A stretch of DNA of 33,870 bases from a virus (lineage: Duplodnaviria; Caudoviricetes): the IMG/VR virus record IMGVR_UViG_3300042520_000495, positions 1-33,870 of that record; one strand, given 5' to 3'. Of the stretch, positions 8,821 to 16,945 are shown piece by piece. The notes under the pieces were generated by a model. The model saw only the letters and a list, made by a program, of their open reading frames with translations, did not search any database and was not told the DNA's origin. Position 1 is the first letter of the stretch, and the number at the start of each line of letters is the position of its first letter. Made by a program: the position numbers and the translations under genes.

Positions 8821-9002
8821 AAAATACAGATGACGATTGGGATCGTGAGTGGGATCGTATGTCCCACACCATATCGGAGTATCGACAAGAGATACGCGAG
8901 ATGCGTGAGCGAATCAGATGGTACGTGTCTCGCATTGAAGAACTGGAAACTGAGGTGAGACAGTTGAAAAGTACAGACGCAAGATGGGTGCAAGAGCCAT
9001 GA
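8817..9002 (+). CDS. small coiled-coil hypothetical protein
   Basis: ATGA-coupled on both sides; heptad-like E/R/L-rich helix. Confidence 0.65.
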   Translation: MKNTDDDWDREWDRMSHTISEYRQEIREMRERIRWYVSRIEELETEVRQLKSTDARWVQEP

Positions 9003-9103
9003 TTAGCGAAGACATCATCCGACTGGCGCGAGAGGCTCTAGGCAAGCCGGAACCTAGTGCTTTTGTTAAACCCGGCATAAAAGTTGGAGTTAGAACCCAA
9101 TGA
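8999..9103 (+). CDS. very small protein (34 aa, MISEDIIRLAREALGKPEPSAFVKPGIKVGVRTQ), possibly a remnant
   Basis: Not in the ORF track. ATGA overlaps on both sides. 'EDIIRLAREA' resembles a frequent N-terminus of small phage proteins. Confidence 0.5.
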   Translation: MISEDIIRLAREALGKPEPSAFVKPGIKVGVRTQ

Positions 9104-9246
9104 AGGAACAAGAAGTGCTTATTTTGATTACGAAGGCAGCGGAAACTGAAAAAGCCGACGATGCTTTGAAGTTTTCACAGGCAGCGTGTAACGCCGCAAA
9201 CGCGCTATGTGCGTTAGCCTCAGCGAAAACTATTAAAAGTTCGTAA
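9100..9246 (+). CDS. small hypothetical protein (48 aa, MKEQEVLILITKAAETEKADDALKFSQAACNAANALCALASAKTIKSS)
   Basis: Not in the ORF track. ATGA overlap and GGAG upstream; helical-hairpin-like sequence. Confidence 0.6.
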   Translation: MKEQEVLILITKAAETEKADDALKFSQAACNAANALCALASAKTIKSS

Positions 9247-9263
9247 CAACGGGGGGTTGTCCG

Positions 9264-9557
9264 GTGAGCGACCACAGACTTTTGGAACTCGCTGCGAAGG
9301 CGGCGGGGATGGAGTACAGCGACAGGCAATGGAGCGAGTACGACGAAGATTATGTAACTTGGAACCCCCTCACTGATGACGGAGATGCGCTGCGGTTGGC
9401 GGTGAAGTTGAAACTCAAAATTCGCTTTTACACTAACGATGATGTTGTTGTTGGAGATGGCGAAGACGCTTACGAGTGCATGAGCGGCGAGCCTTATTCT
9501 GCCACCCGCCGGGCCATTGTCAAAGCCGCAGCAGAGATTGGGGAGAACATGAAATGA
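9264..9557 (+). CDS. conserved phage hypothetical protein
   Basis: 'LLELAAKAAG...WNPLTDDGDALRLAVKL...ATRRAIVKAAAEIG' pattern, widespread in proteobacterial phages. Confidence 0.8.
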   Translation: MSDHRLLELAAKAAGMEYSDRQWSEYDEDYVTWNPLTDDGDALRLAVKLKLKIRFYTNDDVVVGDGEDAYECMSGEPYSATRRAIVKAAAEIGENMK

Positions 9558-9913
9558 CATCTGTGCATCAGAAGAAAGAACTAGGCCGTTGGCTACTGCC
9601 GGGCGCGGAGGGTGTCCAGCAGTTTGGAGTAACCCGCAAACCCCACGCATTTCACCGCGCCATGATGCGGATATGTTTTGGCTGGCAGTGGATGGACAAG
9701 GAACTGACTTGTGACTACTGCAACCTTTACCCAAGGCTACGTAAGAAAACACACTGCGAAGAGTGCGCCCGGTCGCTGGAAGGCGGCGAGTTATATAACG
9801 TGATCAAACTTGCCGAGAAAGCCGGGATCGTATTCAGAATGGGCAGCACGGAAATCACCGTGCAAAAATTGGAGAAGTTTTTCGCTCTCGCACAGGGGAT
9901 CAAGAAGACATGA
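9554..9913 (+). CDS. hypothetical protein with CxxC...CxxC zinc-finger-like motif
   Basis: Start reassigned to ATG 9554 (ATGA overlap). CDYC...CEEC. Confidence 0.65.
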   Translation: MTSVHQKKELGRWLLPGAEGVQQFGVTRKPHAFHRAMMRICFGWQWMDKELTCDYCNLYPRLRKKTHCEECARSLEGGELYNVIKLAEKAGIVFRMGSTEITVQKLEKFFALAQGIKKT

Positions 9914-10587
9914 AAATCTTTATTGGTTGGGACAGCCGCGAAGACATCGCGTACCAAGTGTGCCGTCACTCTCTGCTCAAGCATACGTCCGTGCCGCTCG
10001 ACATTCAGCCGATCAAGCAGTCGGAGATGCGCGAACGGAACTTGTACTGGCGTGAGCATGACCCGCTGTCATCGACAGAGTTTTCCTTCACCCGTTTCCT
10101 CGTGCCGCACCTTGCAGGATACAAGGGGTGGGCGGTGTTCATGGACTGTGACTTTCTCTGGCGAGGCGATGTCGCTGCGCTGCAGGACTACATGAACCCG
10201 TACTACGGCGCTGTCGTGGTCAAGCATGACTACAAGCCGAAAGAGTCAACGAAGATGGACGGGGCGGCGCAACATCAGTACCCGCGCAAGAATTGGTCGA
10301 GCATGATCTTGTGGAACTGTGAGCATCTGCACACAAAAACAGTCACGCCCGAACTCGTAAACCGCGAGAGCGGAATGTACCTACATCAACTGCGGTTCTT
10401 GTGGGACGCATGTATCGGTGAGTTGCCCATTGCATACAACTATCTGGAAGGGTGGCACACCCGCGATGACTGCCCGAACCCGCAAGCCGTTCACTTCACA
10501 CGAGGTGGGCCGTGGTTCCGCGACTACGTAGACGTTGAATACGGCAAAGAGTGGATGAATTTAGCCAAGGAGATCGTAAATGAATAG
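9910..10587 (+). CDS. GT-A fold glycosyltransferase (GT8-related, CDI-like)
   Basis: 'IFIGWDSRE', 'STEFSFTRFLVP', DxD in 'FMDCDFL', 'YPRKNWSS' and 'VHFTRGGPWF'. Confidence 0.85.
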   Translation: MKIFIGWDSREDIAYQVCRHSLLKHTSVPLDIQPIKQSEMRERNLYWREHDPLSSTEFSFTRFLVPHLAGYKGWAVFMDCDFLWRGDVAALQDYMNPYYGAVVVKHDYKPKESTKMDGAAQHQYPRKNWSSMILWNCEHLHTKTVTPELVNRESGMYLHQLRFLWDACIGELPIAYNYLEGWHTRDDCPNPQAVHFTRGGPWFRDYVDVEYGKEWMNLAKEIVNE

Positions 10588-10840
10588 CGAAGACGAAGCG
10601 TATTTAGAAGTGCCAGAGGAGCACGTTAAAAAAATTGCTGCACCGAATACGGTGTGGGCGAAGATTAGCGACGACGGTAAACTGGAAGTTCTCCGTTGGG
10701 ACATCATAGAGATATACGCACTAGAATACGACACGCTTAGACGGGCTGGTAAAGAGGCAGCGCAGACGCACGTGATGTGTAAGTTGCTTGTATTGGTGCG
10801 CGATCAAGTACGAAAAGAAAGGCACGCCAGTGGAAACTGA
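10580..10840 (+). CDS. hypothetical protein
   Basis: AAGGAG RBS; 8-nt overlap with the upstream gene. Confidence 0.65.
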   Translation: MNSEDEAYLEVPEEHVKKIAAPNTVWAKISDDGKLEVLRWDIIEIYALEYDTLRRAGKEAAQTHVMCKLLVLVRDQVRKERHASGN

Positions 10841-11009
10841 AGACGATATCCTTGACTTGATCCGCGTGTTGCCTAACGAGATTAACGACACTGGAACAAC
10901 TACAGAATTCAAATTCCTCACAGTGGGCAGCGTGTTGTGGGCTTGCCGTGAGGAGATCATCAAACTGCGAGAAGAAAACGCGAAGTTAAAAGCGAAGAGG
11001 AAGCAATGA
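10830..11009 (+). CDS. small hypothetical protein
   Basis: In-frame GTG at 10830 (METEDDILDLIR...) is more plausible than the track start at 10788; ATGA-coupled to the next gene. Confidence 0.55.
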   Translation: METEDDILDLIRVLPNEINDTGTTTEFKFLTVGSVLWACREEIIKLREENAKLKAKRKQ

Positions 11010-11554
11010 TTTATTCGGGTGCAGGGCCGTTACCAAGACATACGTATTGTTATGTTCAGCCACACACGTTTGGTAACAGTGACTGGGAGCGGGTGGCGTG
11101 GTTTGGGCTAGTGAGCCATCCCGGCCGTACTTGGGGTTGTCACGTAATGTTGGAGTGTGGGGCGGTGTATCGGAACGTGCCGCTGCATAGACTCATGCAC
11201 AAGGTATCGACCACGACAATGAATTGGATGCCATGCGATAGCCAGACTTGGGACTGCTACGGCCATCACTTTAGCGTGGTGGAGTATCCATTTTTTGAAG
11301 CCGTGCCAATGCGCGTTCGCTTGCGTTCTAAAGAAGAACTAACTGGGCGGTACATGTTCACAGCCATACCGATGCTTGATGGATTTAGTTTGGAACCGGA
11401 GCAGTCCAAAGAGTTTTACTTCATCAAGTTAGACAACGGTAGGTTCACAGCGCAGCCCACTAATCATGTACTCGTGCAAGACAAGTCGTTCATCACTGAA
11501 TCTGAGTGGCCTAGGCTTGAGCGTCAGACAGAAACATGGAGCGTCGATCCATGA
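11006..11554 (+). CDS. conserved phage hypothetical protein
   Basis: 'GAVYRNVPLH', 'QTWDCY', 'GRYMFT' and 'LDNGRFTAQPTN' resemble an uncharacterised family of aquatic phage proteins. Confidence 0.75.
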   Translation: MIYSGAGPLPRHTYCYVQPHTFGNSDWERVAWFGLVSHPGRTWGCHVMLECGAVYRNVPLHRLMHKVSTTTMNWMPCDSQTWDCYGHHFSVVEYPFFEAVPMRVRLRSKEELTGRYMFTAIPMLDGFSLEPEQSKEFYFIKLDNGRFTAQPTNHVLVQDKSFITESEWPRLERQTETWSVDP

Positions 11555-13410
11555 GTTTTGTAACGCTAGATTTTGAAACGTACTACTCACAGCAATTTAG
11601 TTTGAGCCGCATAACTACGGAAGAGTACGTCCGCAATCCGCAGTTTGAAGTCATTGGGGTTGGTATCAAGATTGATGACGGTAGATGCGAGTGGGTAAGT
11701 GGGGATAGGAACGAGATCAAAGCAAGGTTAGACCAGATTGATTGGGCGAACTCTGCGCTGCTCTGCCACAACGCGATGTTTGATGGAGCGATCCTGTCTT
11801 GGTATTTCGGGATTATCCCTGCATACTATTTCGACACTCTGTGTATGGCACGAGCCAAGCATGGCGTAGATGTCAGCGGGTCATTGGCTAATCTGGTAAA
11901 GATGTATGGGCTTGGTCAGAAAGGTACGGAAGTCATCGACGCTGTGGGCAAGCGTAGGCAAGATTTTTCTTCTGCCGATCTTGCTGCTTATGGGAATTAT
12001 TGTATTAACGATGTCAATCTTACTTTCAAGTTGTTTAACGTTCTGCTCTCGGATTTTTTCCCGCAAGAAGAACTAGATCTGATCGACATGACTCTGCGTA
12101 TGTACACGCAGCCAATGCTTGAAGTGGACGACGCGCTATTGGTTGAGCGGCTTGAGGAAATCAAGGCGGAAAAAAGCGAACTCTTGGCGGGATTGAAAGG
12201 GGTGCTAGGCGTTGGGAGTGAGGAAGAGGTACGGGCTAAACTGGCAAGCAACCCACAGTTCGCGGCTATCTTGAAAGAGTTAAACATCCCAGTGCCGATG
12301 AAGATCAGCCCCACTACGGGTAAAGAAACTTTCGCTCTCGCCAAGAACGACGAGGGCTTTATCGCCCTATCGGAGCACGACGATCCGGTAATTCAGCAAC
12401 TGTGTTCGGTACGTCTGGGTACTAAGTCCACGATTGAAGAGTCACGTATTGAACGTTTTATCGGGATTGGTGCTAGAAACCGGGGCAAGATCCCTATTCC
12501 GCTCAAGTATTACGGGGCGCATACGGGGCGTTGGGCCGGGACTGACTCGGTTAACTTCCAGAATCTGCCTAGCCGCGACAAGAAAAAGAAGACTCTAAAG
12601 AACTCCATCATGGCTCCAGCGGGTCATGTCGTGATCAACTGTGACAGCAGCCAGATCGAAGCGCGGGTTCTTGCGTGGCTTGCAGGGCAAACCGATGTGG
12701 TCGAGCAGTTCCGCAAAGGCGAGGATGTGTATTCGATTTTTGCCGCGAAGATTTATAAGCGACCGATCAGTAAGGCCGATCCCGTCGAACGGTTCGTAGG
12801 CAAGACTTGTATCCTTGGACTGGGTTACGGCACGGGAGCGAAGAAACTTCAGCACACGTTGAAGACTCAGCCGCCGGGGGCTGACCTCTCGGAAGATGAG
12901 TGCAAGCGCATCGTAGACCTATACCGCGAGTCAAACCACATGGTCACGGACTTGTGGCACGAGTGCGATGGTGCGCTACAACACTTAACGTCATGGCCTA
13001 GTAATTTAAAACCTTACACTATCGGCAAACATAACGTTATTCAGGTAGGTTCACTAGGTATACGCCTTCCTAATAAATTGTTTATACGGTACCCGGATCT
13101 GCGGTTGAGCGACAAGAAGTACATCTACAAATCGCGCAAGGGAATCACTTCAATATGGGGTGGCGCGATGGTGGAGAACATCGTGCAAGCACTGGCGCGG
13201 ATCATTGTGGGTGAGCAGATGCTCCAAATCAGAGAACGCTACCGACCCGTGCTGACAGTGCATGACGCAGCCGTGATCGTGGCCCCGAAGGAGGAAGTAC
13301 AAGAGGCCGTTGCGTTTATAACTGAAGTCATGTCTACTCCCCCAGAGTGGGCAAAAAGTTTACCAGTCGCATGTGAAACAAAGTACGGTCAGTCATACGG
13401 AGAATGTTAG
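11551..13410 (+). CDS. polA: DNA polymerase family A with 3'-5' exonuclease
   Basis: ExoI LDFETY, ExoII HNAMFD, ExoIII YCINDV; 'HTGRW', 'NFQNLP', motif A DSSQIEAR, motif B RFVGKTCILGLGYG, motif C VHDA. Start at ATG 11551 (ATGA overlap). Confidence 0.95.
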   Translation: MSFVTLDFETYYSQQFSLSRITTEEYVRNPQFEVIGVGIKIDDGRCEWVSGDRNEIKARLDQIDWANSALLCHNAMFDGAILSWYFGIIPAYYFDTLCMARAKHGVDVSGSLANLVKMYGLGQKGTEVIDAVGKRRQDFSSADLAAYGNYCINDVNLTFKLFNVLLSDFFPQEELDLIDMTLRMYTQPMLEVDDALLVERLEEIKAEKSELLAGLKGVLGVGSEEEVRAKLASNPQFAAILKELNIPVPMKISPTTGKETFALAKNDEGFIALSEHDDPVIQQLCSVRLGTKSTIEESRIERFIGIGARNRGKIPIPLKYYGAHTGRWAGTDSVNFQNLPSRDKKKKTLKNSIMAPAGHVVINCDSSQIEARVLAWLAGQTDVVEQFRKGEDVYSIFAAKIYKRPISKADPVERFVGKTCILGLGYGTGAKKLQHTLKTQPPGADLSEDECKRIVDLYRESNHMVTDLWHECDGALQHLTSWPSNLKPYTIGKHNVIQVGSLGIRLPNKLFIRYPDLRLSDKKYIYKSRKGITSIWGGAMVENIVQALARIIVGEQMLQIRERYRPVLTVHDAAVIVAPKEEVQEAVAFITEVMSTPPEWAKSLPVACETKYGQSYGEC

Positions 13411-13889
13411 TTATGTTACTCAGTTCATTACGTGATTCATGGCGAGAAGTTATCGGCAAGGATGGCGGGGATTGTCCTGTCTGTGATCGGTGGGGGAAGA
13501 TTTACAAACGTACATTGAACAAGACGATGGCGAAGTCGCTGGTCTGGCTTTGCCAAGAAGTCAAGCGCACGGGGTACGACTGGATCGATGTGCCGAACAC
13601 CGGGCCGCGATTCGTGATTCGCAGTAACCAACTGCCCATCCTAACAACGTGGGAACTTGTCGAACGCTGCCCCAAAGACGGCGACGAAGGCGGAGCCAAG
13701 CATAGTGGGCTGTGGCGACCAACGGACAAAGGATGGAATTTCTACTACAACAGGATCAAAGTTCCTAAATATGCTTTTGCTTACAACAACGAAGTTTTGA
13801 AGTACAGCGATGATATGGTTCATCTGTATCAGTGCTTTAAGACTAAGTTCGACTACAACGAAGTAATGGCGAGTCGGTTTGATGATTAA
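13404..13889 (+). CDS. hypothetical protein with CPVC motif, possibly winged-helix DNA-binding
   Basis: 'CPVCDR...' and 'WELVE...SGLWRPTDKG' resemble a wHTH wing; overlaps both neighbours. Confidence 0.65.
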   Translation: MLVMLLSSLRDSWREVIGKDGGDCPVCDRWGKIYKRTLNKTMAKSLVWLCQEVKRTGYDWIDVPNTGPRFVIRSNQLPILTTWELVERCPKDGDEGGAKHSGLWRPTDKGWNFYYNRIKVPKYAFAYNNEVLKYSDDMVHLYQCFKTKFDYNEVMASRFDD

Positions 13890-14535
13890 CTGGTCATTCA
13901 GCAGCCTCAAGGACTTTATTAATTGTCCGAAGCAGTACTACCACACTAAGGTAGCGCAGGACTTTGTTAAGAAAGCCTCTGAGCAAATGCTTTACGGAAC
14001 AGAAGTTCACAAGGCGTTGGAAGATTACGTCTGCAAAGGCGTGCCTTTAGTTAAAAACTATCAACGGTTTCAGCCCCCGCTTGATGCCATACTTGAGATT
14101 GAGGGCGATAGATACTGCGAATATCAGATGGCGCTGACGCGAGAGCGGCAACCGTGCGAGTTTGATTCCGATACTAGGTGGGTACGGGGTATTGTTGACT
14201 TGCTTGTAGTGGACGGGACTGATGCCTACATCATCGACTACAAGACGGGCAGTAACCGTTACCCCGACCCGAAGCAGTTAAAGTTAATGGCGCTGATGAC
14301 TTATGCACACTTTCCACAAGTGGAGCGGATTAGGGCTGGCTTACTGTTTGTGATGCATAATAGTTTTGTTAATGAAGAGTACACACGAGATCAAGCAGGC
14401 AAGTTGTGGGAAAATTTTATTCCGCATTTAGATCAACTGGAGATGGCTTTTGCTAATAACATGTGGATGGCAAAGCCGGGCGGGTTGTGCGGATGGTGTC
14501 CCGTCAGTACGTGTAGATTTTACAGAGAGAGGTAG
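13882..14535 (+). CDS. Cas4-like PD-(D/E)xK exonuclease
   Basis: 'WSFSSL..F..CP', 'GTEVH', 'RGIVDL', 'IIDYKTG', 'QLKL' and C-terminal CGWCPVSTC (1+3 Cys arrangement). Confidence 0.9.
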   Translation: MINWSFSSLKDFINCPKQYYHTKVAQDFVKKASEQMLYGTEVHKALEDYVCKGVPLVKNYQRFQPPLDAILEIEGDRYCEYQMALTRERQPCEFDSDTRWVRGIVDLLVVDGTDAYIIDYKTGSNRYPDPKQLKLMALMTYAHFPQVERIRAGLLFVMHNSFVNEEYTRDQAGKLWENFIPHLDQLEMAFANNMWMAKPGGLCGWCPVSTCRFYRER

Positions 14536-14537
14536 TT

Positions 14538-14792
14538 ATGCCTTACGTGAACAAAGCAAGACCGTACAAGAAAGAATACAAACAGCAAGTCGAAAGAGAC
14601 GAACACGAAAACCGAATGGAGCGCCAGCGGGCGCGTCGTAGTTACGACAAGAAAGGTATTAGCCGAAAAGGGAAAGACATTGCCCATGTTAAGGCGTTGT
14701 CAAAAGGCGGTAGCAACGGCGATGGAACTAGGCTACAGTCGCCCAGCAAGAATCGGTCGTTTCGTAGAACATCAAGCGGAGCGATGAAGTAA
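14538..14792 (+). CDS. small basic HNH-like protein
   Basis: 'KDIAHVKALSKGGSN...SKNRSF' beta-beta-alpha-like pattern; GAGGT RBS. Confidence 0.7.
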   Translation: MPYVNKARPYKKEYKQQVERDEHENRMERQRARRSYDKKGISRKGKDIAHVKALSKGGSNGDGTRLQSPSKNRSFRRTSSGAMK

Positions 14793-14799
14793 TGCACAA

Positions 14800-14933
14800 G
14801 ACATGAGTGTGCCTGAAGGAGTTTTACCACCCACACCTTCTTCAGATAACCATGTCAGTTAGTGATAGGGAAGGGCAATTACTGCCCAAACCTCTTGCCC
14901 TAGGCGCTAACCGTCTGGCCCACGATACGGGCT
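14800..14933 (+). ncRNA. candidate structured RNA in the SNF2 leader
   Basis: Three consecutive stem-loop domains fill the intergenic gap (see findings). No family recognised. Confidence 0.5.
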
Positions 14934-14954
14934 CTTTAATTCAGTAGGTACAGT

Positions 14955-16541
14955 ATGCAAATAGTAGATAACACTGCGGTGAGACTCACCGTATCGAATA
15001 GTTTTGCTGCCGAAATCACGGCGCGCTTAGATCGCATCGAACTTATTCGGGATAACGCGCACAACAAGGAAATACTGATTTACTGGGATCACGGCGAGAT
15101 GAAAGTTCTTGCCGAATACCTAGATCACTTCCTGCCTAATCAGAACATCCCCAAGATTCCTTCGCCAATCGAACGCGATTACGAATGGCCGGGACTCTAC
15201 AAGCCTTTCGCTCACCAGAAAGACACAGCGGCGTTCCTGTCGATAAGGCAACGGGCGTTCTGCTTCAACGAGGCCGGGACTGGTAAAACGAGCGCGGCAA
15301 TCTGGGCTGCGGATTACCTGATGAATAAAGGCGTGATCAAGAAAGTTCTTGTGATCTGCCCGTTGTCGATCATGTATTCAGCATGGCAAGCCGACGTATT
15401 CAAAACCGCTATGCACCGTACTTGTGGCGTAGCACATGGGTCAGCATCTAAACGTAAGAAGATATTAGATGAGGGGTATGATTTTACGGTAATTAACTAC
15501 GACGGTACTACCGTAATCTTATCTGAGTTGCAGCAAGCGAAGTTTGATCTGATCATCGTTGACGAAGCCAATTCATACAAGACCCCTTCCACTAGACGCT
15601 GGAAAACCTTGGCTAAGTTAATTGAGCCAACCACTTGGTTGTGGATGATGACCGGCACACCGGCAGCGCAATCCCCTGTAGATGCGTTCGGTCTCGCCAA
15701 GTTAGTCAGTCCTGCGCGGGTACCGAAGTTCTCAACCGCGTGGCGTGATCGTGTCATGGTGCAAGTCAGCAAGTTCAAGTGGGTACCGAAGTCAATTGCA
15801 ACCGATGAAGTATTCCGGGCGTTGCAGCCAGCGGTGCGGTACACGAAGAAAGAGTGTCTTGATCTGCCAGACATCGTGCATCAGATGCGGGATGTGGAAC
15901 TTACTCCGCAGGTGGTCAAGTACTACTCTGAGTTAAAAAAGCAATTACTGATAGAAGCAGCGGGTGAACAGATCTCAGCCGTCAACGCAGCAGCATCGCT
16001 TAGTAAACTTTTGCAGATCTCAGCGGGTGCTGTCTACACAGACAAGCATGACGTTGTGCAGTTCGATGTGTCTCCACGACTGAACGCGCTGTCTGAGGTA
16101 CTTGAAGAAACGACAAATAAGGTTGTAGTATTCGTTCCATTCCTGCATTCTATCGACGTAGTAAGCGAGTACTTGACTAAAGAGGGCATCACGAACGATG
16201 TGATCAAGGGCGCAGTTACAGCGCGGGATCGGTCAGTAATCATTGATCGGTTCCAGAGAGAAACTGATCCGCGAGTTCTCATCATTCAACCACAGTCTGC
16301 CGCACACGGAATTACTTTGACCGCTGCCGACACGGTGGTGTTCTGGTCGCCCGTGATGAGTGTAGAGACTTATCTTCAGTGTATTGCACGTATTGAGCGA
16401 GTAGGCCAAGTAAACAAGATGTTAGTAGTGCATTTGCGCGGCTCGGAAGTCGAACGAAAGATGTACGAGATGCTGCAGGGTAAAGTTAACAGTCATCAAA
16501 AGTTAGTAGACCTGTATACACAGGAGTTGGAGGAAGTATGA
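14955..16541 (+). CDS. SNF2-family (SF2) helicase/ATPase
   Basis: Q motif 'FAHQ', motif I EAGTGKT, Ia VICP, II IIVDEAN, III MTGTP, V 'AHGITLTAA', VI 'QCIARIERVGQ'. Confidence 0.93.
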   Translation: MQIVDNTAVRLTVSNSFAAEITARLDRIELIRDNAHNKEILIYWDHGEMKVLAEYLDHFLPNQNIPKIPSPIERDYEWPGLYKPFAHQKDTAAFLSIRQRAFCFNEAGTGKTSAAIWAADYLMNKGVIKKVLVICPLSIMYSAWQADVFKTAMHRTCGVAHGSASKRKKILDEGYDFTVINYDGTTVILSELQQAKFDLIIVDEANSYKTPSTRRWKTLAKLIEPTTWLWMMTGTPAAQSPVDAFGLAKLVSPARVPKFSTAWRDRVMVQVSKFKWVPKSIATDEVFRALQPAVRYTKKECLDLPDIVHQMRDVELTPQVVKYYSELKKQLLIEAAGEQISAVNAAASLSKLLQISAGAVYTDKHDVVQFDVSPRLNALSEVLEETTNKVVVFVPFLHSIDVVSEYLTKEGITNDVIKGAVTARDRSVIIDRFQRETDPRVLIIQPQSAAHGITLTAADTVVFWSPVMSVETYLQCIARIERVGQVNKMLVVHLRGSEVERKMYEMLQGKVNSHQKLVDLYTQELEEV

Positions 16542-16939
16542 CAGTAGGTAATACAGATGAGTTGGTTGAGGCGTATCTTGGTATACGCACGGAACGTGAG
16601 CGGCTGCTTAGGGATTACGAATTGGCCGACGCGAAGTTGAAAGAAGATATGTCCAAGTTAGAAGCCGTGATGCTTGAGATGTGCAACGCGGTAAACGCTG
16701 ACAGTATCAAGACCAAGCACGGCACAGTCATGCGTAAGTTGAACGAACGCTTCTTCTGTCAAGACTGGGATAACTTCTACAAGTTTGTCCTTGATAACGA
16801 GGCGGTGCAGTTGCTTGAACGGCGTATACATCAGAGCAACTTTAAAGAGTTTTTGAGAGAGAACGTGAATGACGGGCTACCCCCCGGCGTGAACGTAATG
16901 CGTGAGTATGGTGTTTCAGTACGTAAAGCCAGTAAGTGA
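16538..16939 (+). CDS. conserved phage replication-region protein
   Basis: Coiled coil followed by 'SIKTKHGTV...DWDNFYKFV...LLERRI...LPPGVN'; ATGA-coupled to SNF2. Confidence 0.8.
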   Translation: MTVGNTDELVEAYLGIRTERERLLRDYELADAKLKEDMSKLEAVMLEMCNAVNADSIKTKHGTVMRKLNERFFCQDWDNFYKFVLDNEAVQLLERRIHQSNFKEFLRENVNDGLPPGVNVMREYGVSVRKASK

Positions 16940-16945
16940 GGATTT

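Noticed and set aside
9246-9260. ACAAC-GGGGG-GTTGT mini hairpin / G-run
   Set aside because: The stem is weak (5 bp). The G-run is adequately explained as the RBS of the GTG at 9264.
9090-9752. 220-aa minus-strand ORF (likewise 2141-2824 and 27730-28449)
   Set aside because: These are antisense to well-supported coupled genes and have no recognisable motifs.
13882-14535. Cas4 as evidence of a CRISPR-Cas system
   Set aside because: It is a solo Cas4-like nuclease in a replication module, with no other cas genes or array.
14868-14875. KOPS-like octamer GGGAAGGG
   Set aside because: A single match is expected by chance and it falls within a predicted RNA stem. I did not count octamers genome-wide.
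14793-14954. tRNA or known ribozyme in the intergenic gap
   Set aside because: No cloverleaf or T-loop, and I could not match hammerhead, twister, pistol or HDV cores by eye. It is kept as an unclassified structured RNA candidate.
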